Origin: Carcharhinus amblyrhynchos
Taxonomy: Eukaryota
Assembly (NCBI GenBank): GCA_965287045.1
Contig: OZ336872.1
Span: forward strand, 32,550,001-32,614,000
Length of the DNA stretch: 64,000 bases
Direction of reading: 5' to 3'
Part shown: positions 12,146 to 23,659 of the stretch, piece by piece
How the letters are laid out: each line of letters begins with the position of its first letter
How positions within the stretch are numbered: position 1 is the stretch's first letter
Program-made: the position numbers and the translations under genes
Notes under the pieces: generated by a model
Databases searched by the model: none
What the model was told of the DNA's origin: nothing
The model's input: the letters and a program-made list of their open reading frames with translations, nothing else

Positions 12146-12335
12146 TGGAGATGCTGGTGTTGGACTGGGGTGGACATAATAAGAAGTCTCACCCCAGTCC
12201 ACCCCAATGCCCACTGCAATCCAACACTGGCATCTCCATCTCATGGCTACCACTGACACCACAGACCGTAGGCTCAAAGTGGAAAGGATCTCCAAGAAGA
12301 TCACATACATCAACATAACCTTGTGTTGTGAGACT
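12146..12335. mobile_element. Rearranged Penelope-like insertion containing the ORF start
   Basis: 18-bp direct repeat tctcagttagacattaga (12128-12145 / 12336-12353); repeat pieces in both orientations; ATG at 12243 reads MATTDTTDRRLKVERISKKITYIN. Confidence 0.75.
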
Positions 12336-14299
12336 TCTCAGTTAGACATTAGAAAAGAAAGGGATATAATTCCATTGTTGGCCATCTCCTGCTCATCAAA
12401 AAATAATTTATGAAGTAAAATTGAATTGGGTGAGGGAATCTCAGCTTTAAGTCCAAACTGGACTGTTATCATTGAGTGTATTTCATATGCTCCTTCAGCC
12501 AGGATTTGAGTGAATAGCAGAAAAAAATGGCAAAACCATGGGTGAGTTTTATTGAAGTGTGCTTCTCACTCATCGATTACAGTCTAGCTCTGACTACAAC
12601 AGCAGACAAGCTTGTAAAGTAGATTCATTCCTGCTTCCTTCAGCTGAAAGATCAAGTGCATCAACAGGGGAAAACAACAACATACTAAAAAGAGGAAGGA
12701 AAATTGGGTAGGCAGTAGAAGAACAAAAAGAAAATTGACAACTGCAACATTTAGAATAGAAAGGAATACATTTTGATTTTAATACATTTGAGTCTAAATC
12801 TGGGAAAGCTTCTGAAATAAGAAATGTGAACTATAAATAAAGGGTTGTTAAAAATCCTGGCATTGACTTTCTCCTATAACCCACAGAGCAGAAGCAAACC
12901 TTCTAATGAGCAAATGACTGACAGAGGCACAGTGCTAGTTTTGATAATACAAGGTTGTGTAAAAGATCAAACAGAGTGACTATTGTGCTGTTTGAGTAGA
13001 TTATCTCTACAGGTGAGCTAGTCTACCCTACTGTGAATACTGCTGGCCATATGAAGGGGGAATAATTGTAGGGCAGAACCTAGTAAATCTGCTGTTCCCA
13101 TTTAAATTATAATGCTTCACAGCAATCCAGGTTTAAGTACTTCATTTTGAGGAAACAAGCAGTTATTTTTTTCTATCAAAGTCACAGGGTCTAATGGGAA
13201 TAAAACTCTTTTATGATACAAGTTCAGTGAATGACATATACTGTAATTGCTTGCTCAAACTAGTAAAATGAAATCCTTTGAAAAAGCGAGGATCCATTAA
13301 GTATTAAAATTGCTCTTAAGAGCAGATCACCCTGTATCATCCTTGCTGCTTGGTTCTTGTGAATTTCTGACATAAAGGGGATGTACATTAACTCCTCAAT
13401 GGCTGTTATGCTAGATATTTGAACTTTCTAAAGTATGTTATTCAAATTCAGCCACAGTTTTGTACATGGACCAATGTGTACTTTTCCTGACAGCTCGTGA
13501 GTTTTGATTAACAATGCCCAAGTAAATCCACAATGATTTCTGTTGATTACTGCCTGTTTGCTGGAATAGATTATACAATTAGAATTTACTTTAACAAATG
13601 AGCAGGAGCACAATAGATGCTATTCTATTGCCTTCTTCCTGTAATGACTACAATCACTTTGTACAAAATTGTAAAGAGGTTCCTTGAAAAGTGCTTTAAT
13701 CACTTTTGTGAACTTGGAAAGAGGAGCAATAGTTCACTTCCAAACCCTTGAAATGTTACCAATATCTGTGCAGTTTTATAGATGTGTACTTTGATTGAGC
13801 AATCGTCTAATTTAAACTCATTAAAATATATACAGACTGTTTCAGAATAATTGGGAGCTCTTCAAAATGCTGACAAAGTGGCTTGCCAAACTTTTCCCCC
13901 TGCAAACTGCTCAAAGTAATAGAACGTATTGCTTCCTCAAGAGATATTTAATAAGCCATGGAGCATCTATTGCAATAGGTTGAATTTTCAGACCCCCTCT
14001 CACTCACATATTTGAAAGTGGGGGGCATGCGGGAGGGAGTGGTGGTGATGGTCATAAATTAAAACAGATGGCCTCCTCACCGCCTTCCTGCCCATCCCCA
14101 ATATGTCTTCAATATTGTGATAGTCAGGGAAGGTGTCAGGTTTTAAAGCTAAGGATTTTGGCCAGTGGGTCAGGGAATACAGCAGCCCATAAAATCAAAC
14201 CCCATGTAATACTTCAAGGAATGACGCTTTATATATAACAAAAATCACCATTGGTTCAAATCTCAAAACTTACTTTCAATTGTGGGGCTCATGGGTTCA

Positions 14300-15230
14300 C
14301 ATAGTCTGAGGTCACTGAAGTGGAAAATGATGGAAATATTAATACATGTGAAAGATAGTATTGGCAGTTGGGAAACTGATAAGTTAACAAGGATAATATC
14401 CTGTTCCCATAACTAACATACAAATGCTGCATCCGAGACGGCACCAGATGTCACAAATAAAACTCTATTATGGTTGTAGCCCCTTATCATTGTACAAAGT
14501 GCTTTTTGTGCCCTGAGCAAGAAGATGCTGCGCAGATTTTACAAACAGCTGGTTTAAGCATTGTTGCTTCTAAACCAGTACTATATTGTCTAGATTGAGA
14601 ATATTACAGAGAGTAATACTGCAGTGTAAAGTCTACATAATAAGATGGAAGAAGGAAGAGAAGCCATTGCAATTTATACTTTGACAGCGATTAGATCGAT
14701 AAGAACCAGATAAGAACAGTCCCAGCCAGTTGGACAACAGTGGAGAGATGTTGGAGGAGGTTGAAGTGGTCATCAGTATCAAAGGAGGGATAATTTACCT
14801 TTGCCACAGTCATATACAATGTTGTAGGACACTCATAGGAGTTGGTATGAGGAGAGATAGGAGAGAAAATAATGATGCAAATGCAAGGCTAGGACAAGGA
14901 GGAAACTTCAGAAGAAGTATAGCCTGAGGGGTTAGTGGAAGGGAGGGGAGGAGGAACAGCTTGAATAGTTTAAATCATGATAAAAGAGACATGAGCTGTT
15001 CACACTGATTATTGGAACTCAGGGCAGAGATTGGCTGCAGCAAATAGCTTGGACGCTTTCCAAACAGAAACTAAACAAGTACATGAGAAAAATGGGGATA
15101 GAAAGAAATGCTAAAATGTTGCAAAGAAGAAAGGTGGAATGAGAAGAAAAGCATGTGAAAGATAAACTAATACTGACCATTTGGCGTAACCAACCTGTTT
15201 CAGTGCTGTATATTTTATGTAATTCTGTGT
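14300..15230 (+). mobile_element. Very old CR1 fragments
   Basis: Weak similarity to the CR1 3' region and tail (ctgtttcagtgctgtatatttta). Confidence 0.35.
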
Positions 15231-15614
15231 AGTAGGCTGAAAAGAATTGATTGACAACTTTAGCTATTGTGAGGTGCTCCGCCACATGACTATCTCAAGA
15301 GCTTCAATGTCAGTATTATAGATTCAAGTCAGCTACTTCAAGCATCAGAATTGAGGTCTGATCTTCAAATATTGACACATTTCAAAATACACACTTATTC
15401 AGTGCCAGCAACAAATTCTCAGGCAAGAAAACAATTTTTGAGCAAATGTCACAAACTTCAAGAAAGAAACTCAATAATAACCTACATTCTTTCCAAAAGT
15501 AAATCATTAACCAATGCTATAGGCATACAAGATTGCAGCCTTAAAGGGTCATTTTCAACAGGGCTTTGATGCTTGTTTTTATGCAGAAGTATTTCTATCA
15601 TTTTTTTGTAAATC

Positions 15615-16170
15615 ATGGTTGTTGCTCACTGGTAACTCTTTCATCGCTAAGTTATAAGTCAGAGGTTTCAAGGCCAACGTCAGTGATGAACACACCTACG
15701 GAGTTTTTTTTATTTGTTCATGGGATGAGGGCTTCACTGGCTGGGCCAACATTTATTGCCCACCTCTGAGGGGATTTAAGACTCAACCACATTACTATGG
15801 ATCTGGAGTCACATGTAGACCAGACTAGGTAAAGATGGCAGATTTTCCTCCCTAAAAAGCAGTCGTGGGTCAGATGGTTTTTACGACACTCAACAATGGT
15901 TGTCTTTTAATTCCAGATATTTTTATTGAATTAAAATTTCACCATCTGGGAAATCAAACCCAGGTTCCCAGAGCTTTACTCTGGGTCTCTGGATTATTAA
16001 TCCAGTGACAATACCATGCACCACCGTAGCTTTAAAATGAGATGTTAAATTGAACATTGCCTTTTACCTTTCAGGTGAATTTAAAAGATTCTAAAGAGTT
16101 TTTTGAAGAAGAGTATGAGTTCTCCCAGTGTCCTGGCCAACATTTAGCAATCAACCAGCATCACAAACAA
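15615..16170 (+). mobile_element. Deu-domain SINE (SacSINE1-like), interrupted by another SINE
   Basis: 16035-16165 atgagatgttaaa...tcaggtgaatttaaaagattc...gaagaagag...ttctcccagtgtcctggccaacattta resembles the recalled Deu domain; decayed head at ~15620-15700. Confidence 0.6.
15703..16028 (-). mobile_element. tRNA-derived SINE sharing its 3' tail with the CR1/L2-group LINE
   Basis: Reverse complement of the 26822-27140 family; the tail (ttcatgggatg...ggccaacatttattgccca) matches the LINE end at 19490-19545. Confidence 0.75.
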
Positions 16171-16639
16171 CAACCTGCCTTTTTTCATTCATTCAATGTA
16201 ATGGTTTTAATGGGATCCAGGGCATCAAAGGTAGAGATGATAGTATGGTGGAGCAAATCTGTGGGTGTAGAAATTGTGAATGGAGGGCCAAGGGTTAGAC
16301 AACTGTGATTTTAAGCATGCAATTTTAAGTGAATTGAGGCGTGTATATAAAAGGAAGTAATATTTGGAGGGCAGTGTGATATGGGTAGAGAGCGATACAT
16401 GGAAGTGATCAGAGATGACTGAATCTATGATTGATACTACATGAGTAAGAGACCATGTGAGATTGCAAAATCAAGCTGGTGGTCATGAACATGGGTTGGG
16501 GAGTTTACATGAAAGCTGAAATAAAGGAAGGATAGTAAAGTCATGAATTCAGAGGAGCAAGAACATGAATGACCAAGTAGGAGATTGATATCAGCAAGAA
16601 AAAAAAATCGCATTGTCCAGAGGTTGAGTCAGGAAAGCA

Positions 16640-17008
16640 ATAAAGATTGCTTCCCCACCACCACCCCATTCCCAACTCACTAGGGTCATCTGCCACATTT
16701 CTTTGACAGACTGTATTCTGATCATTTAATGGATGCTATTCGCACCATTCCTAGCCTTTATCATTACCATTTACATTCCCTCTATCCTTTTGTCTCCGCC
16801 AACCCTATCAATGCCCAACACCACACCCTCCAACCCTTACAGTATAAATCTCGTACTATTTTACTTGTCTTTAGCTCTGACAAAGGATCACCCTGACTCA
16901 AATTGTTGGCTCTATTCTCTCTCCACAGATGCTGCCAGACCTGCTGAGATTTTTACAGCATTTTCTGTTTTTCTGTCAGATTCCAGCATCCGCAGTATTT
17001 TACTTTTA
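16640..17008 (+). mobile_element. Penelope-like element 3' end, family 2, with a decayed hammerhead
   Basis: tagct ctgacaa aggatc accct gactc aaat tgtt ggctct, followed by cagatgctgccagacctgctgag...ccagcatccgcagtatt; reverse complement of 10838-10963. Confidence 0.7.
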
Positions 17009-17149
17009 TCATGAAGATAGCTTCTTGAGAACATTGGTGGATGATAGAGAACTGAGATTCTAAATGAGTGAGAGGGATGGAACAAAATAAGATTCTCACA
17101 GAAGAAGAAAGTACCAAGTGAGAACTAACATAGGTTAAAAGCTCATTTT

Positions 17150-17282
17150 CCTGTGTGTACATTGGCTGTCTTTTCCCAATAATACAATAGTGACAACATC
17201 TCAGCGTGTATTCCATTGGCTGTACAGCAATTTCGGATGTCTTGAGGATGAAAAAGGTATTCTGTAAATGTAAGTTCTTTAA
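17150..17282 (+). mobile_element. Deu-SINE-like 3' tail fragment
   Basis: attggctg...acaatagtgacaac...cattggctgtacagc...gatgtcttgagg...aaatgtaagttcttt resembles the recalled SacSINE1-type tail. Confidence 0.5.
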
Positions 17283-17394
17283 GAAAATATCTTGATTTAT
17301 AACCATTTCTGTTCCATTAGTATGCAACTGAGATTATATATTCAAATTGAAATACCAGAGGAATTTCACTTCTTGAACAATGTTCAAACATACT

Positions 17395-17528
17395 GGCTGG
17401 AATTTTACCACCTGCCTCCTACGGGAATCACAGCGGGCGAGGGGTGGAAGATGGAGAGGTCCGTTGACCTCGGGGGACAGGGGGTAATTTTATGGTTTTG
17501 GGACGAGCAAGGCCATAAAATCCCACCC
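17395..17528. mobile_element. Short MITE (family B)
   Basis: TIRs ggctggaattttac...taaaatcccaccc; the core gtccgttgacctc...cgagcaaggccata is shared with 63630-63753. Confidence 0.65.
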
Positions 17529-19161
17529 ATGGTATTCATCCAGTTTTCACCAGGAGATGGGCAGGGGAACCAGATGGGCTACTACATTTATCATGGACAG
17601 CCATATTGTTATGAAGTTCATATTTTCATCCAAAAGGAGGAATTTACAAAGGCTTTACAGCAAAGCAAAATCATCAGAATTAGTGGTTATGTTGCTTTGC
17701 TTGTGCAAATATTTTGTATTGCTGCAGAACAAACTCAAGGTACAGGCAAACCCTTGCAGCTGAATTTCCAGCAGTAAGTGATTTCAGTTCAGCTAAAATA
17801 CTGAAGGAACTTTTGGGAAAGGCAATGGATGTAGAATGTTCCCTTTTGAAATATTGGGTTATCTAAACAAAGAAATGATTCTACTGTCCCTGCAGCTGCT
17901 ATTCGTGTCAAGGGTATATCATGAAGCTCAAAACTGCAAACACCTCATTAAAAATAAATACAGAACAAATTCATCACAGAATTCATCCTAATTCTTTCAG
18001 CCTACTATTTTAAGCATACCACAGCAGTAAACTTAGTTAACAACATTAATTTTACTGCCAAACTATACTTGTGATAATCCAGCAATGTGGAAAAGTTTGA
18101 CAAGTAATAACCTATAATTAGTAACAATTGTTCTTTCCAGATATGATCTAAGCTAGAAATATTAAAGCCAGGAATTATGGCTCCCTTGTTGCTTTGAAAC
18201 GCTGCAGACAATCCGCTTCCTATTGACTTTGCCAAATATTCTTAGTTAATAAAATTTTCACAATCAAATCGCTTTCTTTTAAAGTCTAAAATAGATGAGT
18301 CCCATTTTGGACAGGAAATATTTCCATGTTGTGAAGTGAAGCTAAATATACTTAACTCAAGTGGATTAAATGAAACAATTATTTGGAAGCAAAGTATTCT
18401 TTCTTTTTGCCTCAAAAAAACATGAGACACACTGAACTTAGAATACTCTGTCTCCATCGTGACTTATGTACTAGGTATTTGCAGGCTGAACTTTGCCATT
18501 GCAATCATCAAAATTATTACTGCTCCTGTGGTGAATTAATTGAAAGCTAAAATACATTATTGACATGGAATGGAGTCTGCCCAGCACTTTTTAAAAGAGA
18601 AACTGTACATTGCTTGGCCTTTACATTTGCATCTTAACTCAGCAACACAGCTACCCAACTCACAAGAACACAAGAATTAGGAGCAGAGTCAGTTGATCCT
18701 TTGAGGCTTACCATGATTTGGTAAGATCATGACTGATATGACTGAAGCCCCAACCACATTTCCTAGTCTGTCCCCTAAAACCCTTATACGATATATTCAC
18801 TGGGTTGCTATTTACTTTAGGTATCTGATTTATATCAGAGCAATATAGAGAGGATGCTAGTTTCAAATCAATGGCAAGTTTATTTGCAATACTTTAAAAT
18901 ATCTCAGAATGTACAGGATTTCCCACATACACACGGTGTCAGACAGAACTAAGTGCTGAACGGGAGTGGGAATGGCAGGAATTGACCGGGATTTCCTCAC
19001 TCAGTTGTCCCGACTTCCCCACCAATGATGTAATGGGAATCTTAACCTTTAAAGTCAGGATCCCCATTTACGTTGATGTGACTCTCATGATCAGCTTTTA
19101 CACCTGATTAAACCCCCACATTAAATTGTCAATTCATGTCAGCATACTACACCTGACAAAC

Positions 19162-19358
19162 ATAACCCATTGGAGGCAGATGGACCTCGGGGTCCTTGTG
19201 CATGAGTCACAAAAACCCAGCTTGCAGGTGCAGCAGGTGGTCAGGAAGGCGAATGGGATGCTGGCCTTCATAGCGAAGGGGATTGAATATAAAAGTAGGG
19301 AGGTCTTGCTGCAGCTGTATAGGGCCTACTCCTGCTCCTATTTCTTATGTTCTTATGA
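19162..19358 (+). mobile_element. Internally deleted mini-CR1
   Basis: Matches 5238-5381, joined directly to the tail at 5929-5971; flanked by gaggca(g/c)a. Confidence 0.85.
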
Positions 19359-19489
19359 GGCACACAGGTGAGAACAGCACACAGCGGGGAAAGTATCATG
19401 CTCGGGCAGTGCCAGGAGCCAGTGCCAAGGAACAGTGCCCAGTGGCAATACCAGAGCAATGCTAAGAGTGGATTGTTCCATGGGGGGGA

Positions 19490-21075
19490 TATTCATTTAT
19501 GGGATGTGGGTGTTGTTGGCTAGGCCAGCGTTTATTGCCCATCCCTATTTGCTCTTGAAAAGGTGACGGTGAGTTGTCTTCTTGAACTGCTGCTGTCCCT
19601 GAGCTGTATGGACAAAAGGAAGGAAGTTCCAGGATTTCGAACCACCAGTGAAGGAATGGTGATATATTTCAAAGTCAGGGAGGTGAGTGTCTTGGAAGGG
19701 AACCATCAGGTGGTGATGTTCCCAGGTATATGCTGCTCTTGTCTTTCCAGATGATAGTAGCTGTGGGTTTGGAATGTGCTGCCTTGATGAGTTCCTGCAG
19801 TGCATCTTTTAGATGATACACATGGCTGCCACAATTCATTCGTGGTGGAGGAACTGAAGGTTTGAGGAAGGGATATTAATTGAGCAGGCTGCTTTATACT
19901 GGAGGATGTCAAGCTTTTTGAGTATTGTTGGAGTTTCACTCATTCATGCAAGTGGAGTGTATTCCATTATACTCCTGACTTAGAATCTATAGAATCCTGC
20001 AGTGCAGAAGGAGGCTATTTGGCCCATTGAATCTGCACCGGCCACAATCCCCACAACCCCATGCATTTACCCTAGCTGGTCCCCCTTACACTAAGGGACA
20101 ATTTAGCATAGCCAATCCACCTAACCCACACATCTTTGGACAGTGGGAGGAAACCAGAGCACCCAGAGGAAACCCACACAGAAAGAATGTGTAAACTCCA
20201 CACAGAGTGACCCAAGCCAGGAATCGAATCTGGGTCTCTGACGCTGTGAGGCAGCAGTGCTAACCACTTGTGCCTTGTAGATGGCGGACAGACTTTGGGG
20301 AATCAGGAGATCAGTCACTCGCTGCAGGATTCCTAGCCTTTGATCTGCTCTGGTAGCCACATTATTTACATGGCTAGTCCAGTTCAGTTTCTGGTCAATG
20401 GTAACCCTCAGGATATTGATAGGCAGTGATTCAGTGATGGTTATGCCATTCAATGTCAAAGGGAAATAGGTTAAATCTTGTTGGAGATGGGCATTGCCTG
20501 GCACTTGTGTGGAGTGAATGTTACTTGCCATTTGTCAGCCCAAGCCTGGATATTGTCCAGGTCTTGCTGCTTAGGACATGGACTGCTTCAGTACCCGAGA
20601 AAGTCGCGAATGATACTGAACATTGTGCAGCCATTAGCAAACATCTCCACTTTTTATCTTGTGATGGAGGGAAGGTCATTGTTGAAGCAGCTGAAGATGG
20701 TTGCATCTAGGACACTGCCTTGCGGTGATATCCAGGAACTGAAATGATTGACCTTCAATCACCACAACCATCTTCCTTTGTGCCAAGTATGACACCAACC
20801 AGTGGAGGGTTTTCCTCCCTGATTCCCGTTGGCTCCAATTTTGCTTGGGCCCCTTCATGCCACAATCAATCAAATGCAGCCTTGATGTCAAGGCAGTCAC
20901 TGTCACCTCACTTCTGGCTTTCAACTCTTTTGTCCAATGCTGTAATGAGGTCAGGAGCTGAGTGAGCCTGGCAGCACCCAAACTGTCTGTGAATAGTTTA
21001 TTGCTAAGTGCCTTGTGCCAGCACTGTTGATGACCCCCTTGCATCACTTACTGATGGTCAAGAGTAGACTGGCCA
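19490..21075 (-). mobile_element. CR1/L2-group LINE (second family), RT plus 3' end, 5'-truncated
   Basis: Minus-strand ORF pieces WTKELKARSEVTVTAL, WLVSYLAQRKMVVVIEGQS, NILRVTIDQKLNWTSHV...QRLGILQRV, SAIYKAQV; 3' end at ~19490. Confidence 0.85.
19982..20266 (-). mobile_element. HE1-type V-SINE nested in the LINE
   Basis: Antisense of the 6740 family; LINE sequence actcctgact|tgtgccttgtag resumes across it. Confidence 0.9.
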
Positions 21076-21344
21076 TGTCCCCTCTCCCCAGGGACATGAT
21101 GATCTGATGATGTTACCAGTGAGGGGCAGGGAAGATCTAGAATCACATTCTCATCAGCAAGAACTGTGACTTCCGGATCTTGAGTTCCCACCGGCAATAT
21201 CACTGATGGTGAATATGGATTCAGGATTTCCCCAATATTCTGATACAGGTGTCCAGCGTCAATAAAACATACAGGGAGCTAAGCAGCCTTGAACTGATGA
21301 ACTGTGTCAGCCATGTATACCATCTAATGGGCGGCATTATGGTC

Positions 21345-22465
21345 GGCACGGTAGCACAGTGGTTAGCACTGCTGCTTCACAGCTCCAGGGGCCTGGGTTC
21401 GATTCCCGGCTTGGGTCACTGTCTGTGTGGAGGTTGTACATTCTCCTCGTGTCTGTGTGGGTTTCAAAGAACAAAGAACAAAAACAGCCCGGGAAACAGG
21501 CCCTTCGGCCCAACGAGCCTGTGCCGCCATCTTAACACCACCAGTCCCCCCCTCCACCCATGACCCTTATCTAATGTTTTATGGCCATCCACATTGAGGG
21601 AAACTAATTTAGGGACAATTTATTACTGCCAATCAGCCTAATAGCACATCTTTGGGGTGTAGGAGGAAACCGGAGCAACTGGAGAAAACCCACGCAAGCA
21701 CGGGAGAATGCGCAAACTCCCACAGACACCGGCCCAAATCCATGTGCCTGCACAGCAATCAGTGATAGTCACTGATCTGTCGTCTTGCCCAGTATCTGGT
21801 CCAGTTTAAGCACACACTAACGACATGAAGCACTAGGCCAATCTCGAACACCCAAGAGCAGCCCAAGTACGACCCATCGCGTGTATGCCCCTCGTTGGAC
21901 ACAAGGTGGACTGACTTAAAACCTGTGAATGAAAAGGAAAAAAACATTATTATTGTACCATATCCATTTACCTTACCAGGGACGCCCCAATGCTTGTTTA
22001 AACAATCTCCTATATCCACCCATCTCCAACACACTCATGTGCCTAAGTTACTCTTAAACAACTCTAGCGTGTTTGCCTCCACCACCTTACTTGGCAGAGC
22101 ATTCCATACCCCTACTCCCCTCTGTGTGAAAAACCTCCCTCTAATATCTGTGTTATACCTCTCCCCCCTCGCCTTAAGCCCATGGCCCCTTGTCCTGTGT
22201 CTCTATCATAGGAAATAGCTTACCTCTGTTTACTCTATCTATACCCTATTTCCTCCAGGCGCTCCGGTTTCCTCCCACAGTCCAAAGATGTGTGGGTTAG
22301 GTTGATTGGCCATGCTAAAATTGCCCCTTAGTGACCTGGGATGTGTAGATTAGAGGGATTAGTGGGTAAATGTATAAGGGGTATGGGGATAGGGCCGGGG
22401 TGGGATTGTGGTCGGTGCAGACTCGATGGGCCGAAGGACCTGTTTGCCCTGCAGGGCTCTATGTA
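21345..22465 (+). mobile_element. HE1-type V-SINE split by a CR1 insertion
   Basis: Head to ...gtgggtttc (21465), resuming tttcctccaggcgctccgg at ~22249 and running to the tail. Confidence 0.9.
21466..22248 (-). mobile_element. 5'-truncated CR1 with a long 3' UTR containing a V-SINE body
   Basis: Minus strand encodes the CR1 ORF2 C-terminus (RTRGHGLKARGERYNTDIRGRFFTQRGVGVWNALPSKVVEA), then unique UTR, V-domain (~21610-21730) and tail (tgttctt)n. Confidence 0.85.
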
Positions 22466-22475
22466 TAATCTAAAA

Positions 22476-22615
22476 AATGCACTGAAGGAACTCATCAAGG
22501 CTCTTAAAGGCAGCTCATTCCAAACCCACAGCCACTATCATCTGGAAGAACAAGAGCAGCAGATACCTGGAAACACCACCACCTGATGGTTCCCCTCCAA
22601 GGCACTCACCATCGT
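22476..22615 (+). mobile_element. Fragment of the CR1/L2-group LINE
   Basis: Reverse complement of ~19680-19805. Confidence 0.75.
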
Positions 22616-23659
22616 GTCTGTTAACTGCAAGGTTAATCAGGCAAATCTCCAAGAAATGTATCCAACTTTATGATTACTTTCTCGCAAAAGGTATCACAAT
22701 GTTACTTTCATTATTCTAGGAGAGTGTGCTGTATTTCAAAAACACATATTTCCTTGTATCCGGATAACAATTCCTTTTTATTCCTCAAATATTCATTAGA
22801 AAATCACCACTAGAGTGCTAGTTAAAAAATGTTGACATTGATTTCTATTTGGTGTGAATCTCATTTATGGACCGACCCCAACTGTGTCCAGGGGTAGAAC
22901 AGTTGAAACTGCAAAGCTTAGCAGTTTGCTTGTCTCTGCTTGTCCAAGGAGCTTCACTGCCTTTGAATGCAAAGGCATCCAGGGTTATCTGTAACTAAGT
23001 GCAATTCTAAATTGATTGTTCAAAGTGGTAATGAGCCAGACTACTTAGTGAATAATTTTGCAGACCTGCCTGCCATATCTTTGAAATTTCTGAATTTGCC
23101 ATAGACGTTTGCCTTGGTTCTAATATCCCATCTCCAGACAAACAAACTTGGCCCTAGTGAGACCTTACTCATATTCATTCAATGGCGATGAGATATTAGC
23201 TGGGCACTAGACAACCTGGGTGGTTCAAACCTTGTTCAGCATATTTACAGGGAGCAGGAACCCCTTATGAATAGTATGGCAAGCAGTAGGTTTCACTACA
23301 AAATGGGGGAGTCTATTTTTCCCTTTGTCTAGTGCACATATACTCCAAGGATTAAAATGTAATATCCCCCAAAATTAGAAGCAGGGATTGTTCTGTGCAA
23401 TTAAATCACACCAGATGATTGCAATGCAGGCCGTGTACTAATTTCATGCTGCATGTTAATTTCAACAATTTCAGAAGCCAGCCAACACTAGCATACTGTT
23501 TATTGGCTGAACAGATTAATAGAGTCTGTATCATGAATAGCTAGCACCACTCAAAGCTAGTTTGCACTGTTTCAAGCTAGCCTGCACCTCTCAAAAGAGA
23601 AGTGCATTACAGCTAGAGTAGGGGCTGACAGTCATGCAGGAGATGGTGGACCTGGTGAA

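Larger units (their letters stand above)
18945..21235 (+). mobile_element. Non-autonomous DNA-transposon-like repeat split by nested retroelements
   Basis: 18945-19490 is homologous to the reverse complement of 1000-1600; probably continues at 21075-21235. Confidence 0.4.

Noticed and set aside
17292-17777. 161-aa ORF
   Set aside because: Runs through a MITE; no recognisable homology
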